From Ginglymostoma cirratum (lineage: Eukaryota), in the NCBI GenBank assembly GCA_024137785.1, contig JAHRHZ010000013.1, positions 28,539,003 through 28,603,002 on the forward strand: a DNA stretch of 64,000 nt, read 5' to 3'. Made by a program: the position numbers and the translations under genes. The first letter of the stretch is position 1. Every line of letters starts with the position of its first letter. The notes under the pieces are model-generated. The model saw only the letters and a list, made by a program, of their open reading frames with translations. It did no database searches and was not told the origin of the DNA. This document shows positions 62,660-64,000 of this stretch, piece by piece.

Positions 62660-63240
62660 AATTGGCACAATCAGAGAATCGATTGGGAGGTACGAGGCAG
62701 AGAGTGGAGATCACTAGTAAGTATTTCAATCATGAAAATGTGACGAATGTAATCCCTCATGAAGTCATATTGAGACTTCAGCATTTAGCTTATGTATCAA
62801 TACATTGCCAGAAGGTTTGGTGATAAAACTAAGCTGAAGTAACTCAGAGAATAGAGCAGATGGGGCCATAATGTTGCATAGAGACTTTAATGGAGGCCGG
62901 GACGTTGAATGTCTTCAAGGCAGAGATTGATAAATTCTTGATCTCGCAAGGAATCAAGGGCTACAGGGAGAGTGCGGGTAAGTGGAGTTGAAATGCCCAT
63001 CAGCCATGATTAAATGGCGGAGTGGACTCGATGGGCCGAATGGCCTTACTTCCACTCCTATGTCTTATGGTCTTATGGCCTTAATCAATCAAGTGACTGG
63101 GCAAACAGTAGCAAAATGGAATTCAATGTGGGGGAAATGTGAAGTAATCTATTTTCGACCCAGAAAAGATAAATCAGTATAGTCTCTAAATAGTGGGAAA
63201 CTAGGAATTGGATGAACTGGAGAAACAGAGACTTAAGAGT
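62660..63240 (+). mobile_element. CR1 fragments: young 3' end (~62890-63080) inserted in an older RT fragment
   Basis: cagccatgattaaatggcggagtggactcgatgggccgaatggccttacttccactcctatgtcttatggtcttatgg; flanks encode KWNSMWGKCEVIYF. Confidence 0.85.
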
Positions 63241-63244
63241 TTGT

Positions 63245-63336
63245 GATAACAAGGTATAGAGCTGGATGAACACAGCAGGCCAAGCAGCATCAGAGGAGCA
63301 GGAAGGCTGACGTTTCGGGCCTAGACCCTTCTTCAG
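63245..63336 (-). mobile_element. Family-1 single arm with intact minus-strand HHR
   Basis: Reverse complement reads CTGAAGAaGGGTCTAGGCCCGAAACGTC..; 10 bp TSD agagtttgtg at 63236-63245 and 63335-63344. Confidence 0.9.
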
Positions 63337-63419
63337 AGTTTGTGTTGTGTTTTGTGGACAACTAGAGGAAAATGTTTAAAAAAGCAAATGGAATCTTATT
63401 ATTTATCTTTCTTCTTACA

Positions 63420-63625
63420 CCTGCATTGAGCTTTACGGTAACACTACAGTAGGCCAAAGTGACAAATGTGACTGTGAAAGCAAAAGTTAAAATAGCAAGC
63501 AACCAGGAGCTCAAGGTCATGCCTGTGAGATGAGTGGAGGTGTTTCACAAAGCAATCACCTGGATTTTACATTTGGCCTCTCCAGTGAAAAAGAAGCTGC
63601 ATTGTCAGCAAAGAATGCAGTAAGA
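63420..63625 (-). mobile_element. Penelope GIY-YIG endonuclease remnant
   Basis: Minus strand reads YCILC*QCSFFFTGEAKCK..GDCFVKHLHS..LVACYFN (frameshifted), resembling PLE VYCI.C..C..LYIGETKR.LGDRF.EHL. Confidence 0.7.
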
Positions 63626-63631
63626 GCAAAA

Positions 63632-64000
63632 TACCATAAGAATATAAGGTAGACCATTCAGCCCATTGCATCCACTCTGCCAGTCAACAAAATCATAGCA
63701 GATCTGTTAATCCTCAATCTGCTTTGTGTCCTACTTTGCTGCCTTTTCCACATAAACATCAATTCCTTTAAGCATTAAAAATGTCTATCGCAGCCTTGAA
63801 TATACTTAAGAATCCAGCCTTGACAGCCCTCTGCAGTGAATAATTCCACAGATTCGCAATCGTCAGAGAAGAAATTTCTCCTCATCTCTGCCCTACATGG
63901 TTGCCCCTTATTCCAAGATTATGTCCTCTGGTCCTAGACTCTGCCACGAGGGAAAATAATATTTTTTGCATCTAACCTGTCAAGTCCTGGAAGAACCTTA
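63632..64000 (-). mobile_element. CR1 LINE 3' end, running off the window
   Basis: ccataagaatataaggtagaccattcagccc..aattccacagattc..gaagaaatttctcctcatctctg. Confidence 0.88.

Noticed and set aside
1-64000. CRISPR arrays, operons, rRNA or other prokaryotic systems
   Set aside because: The sequence is vertebrate repeat-rich DNA with no regularly spaced direct repeats or dense gene organisation

Overview
Eukaryotic, AT-rich, repeat-dominated vertebrate DNA. HE1-type V-SINEs, a Deu-domain SINE and abundant CR1 LINEs point to a cartilaginous fish (shark-like); this is inferred, not verified. No intact protein-coding gene is recognisable. The longer ORFs are decayed retroelement pieces: CR1 ORF1/ORF2, L2 RT, Gypsy gag/RT and Penelope GIY-YIG. 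The most striking signal is a set of about 15 Penelope-derived pieces from three families carrying minimal hammerhead-ribozyme (HHR) cores (CUGANGA-stem II-GAAA-palindromic stem III-UH). Three are young ~210-245 bp fold-back palindromes, each flanked by a 13-14 bp target-site duplication (TSD), so the HHR hairpin appears to have inserted as one unit. Also present: an HE1 SINE with a locally templated 5' junction, a ~3 kb strand-asymmetric degenerate satellite with a nested LTR-like insert, several TAAT/TGACA-rich blocks resembling conserved non-coding elements, and weak candidate exons on both strands. All calls were made by eye; boundaries of old repeats are approximate.
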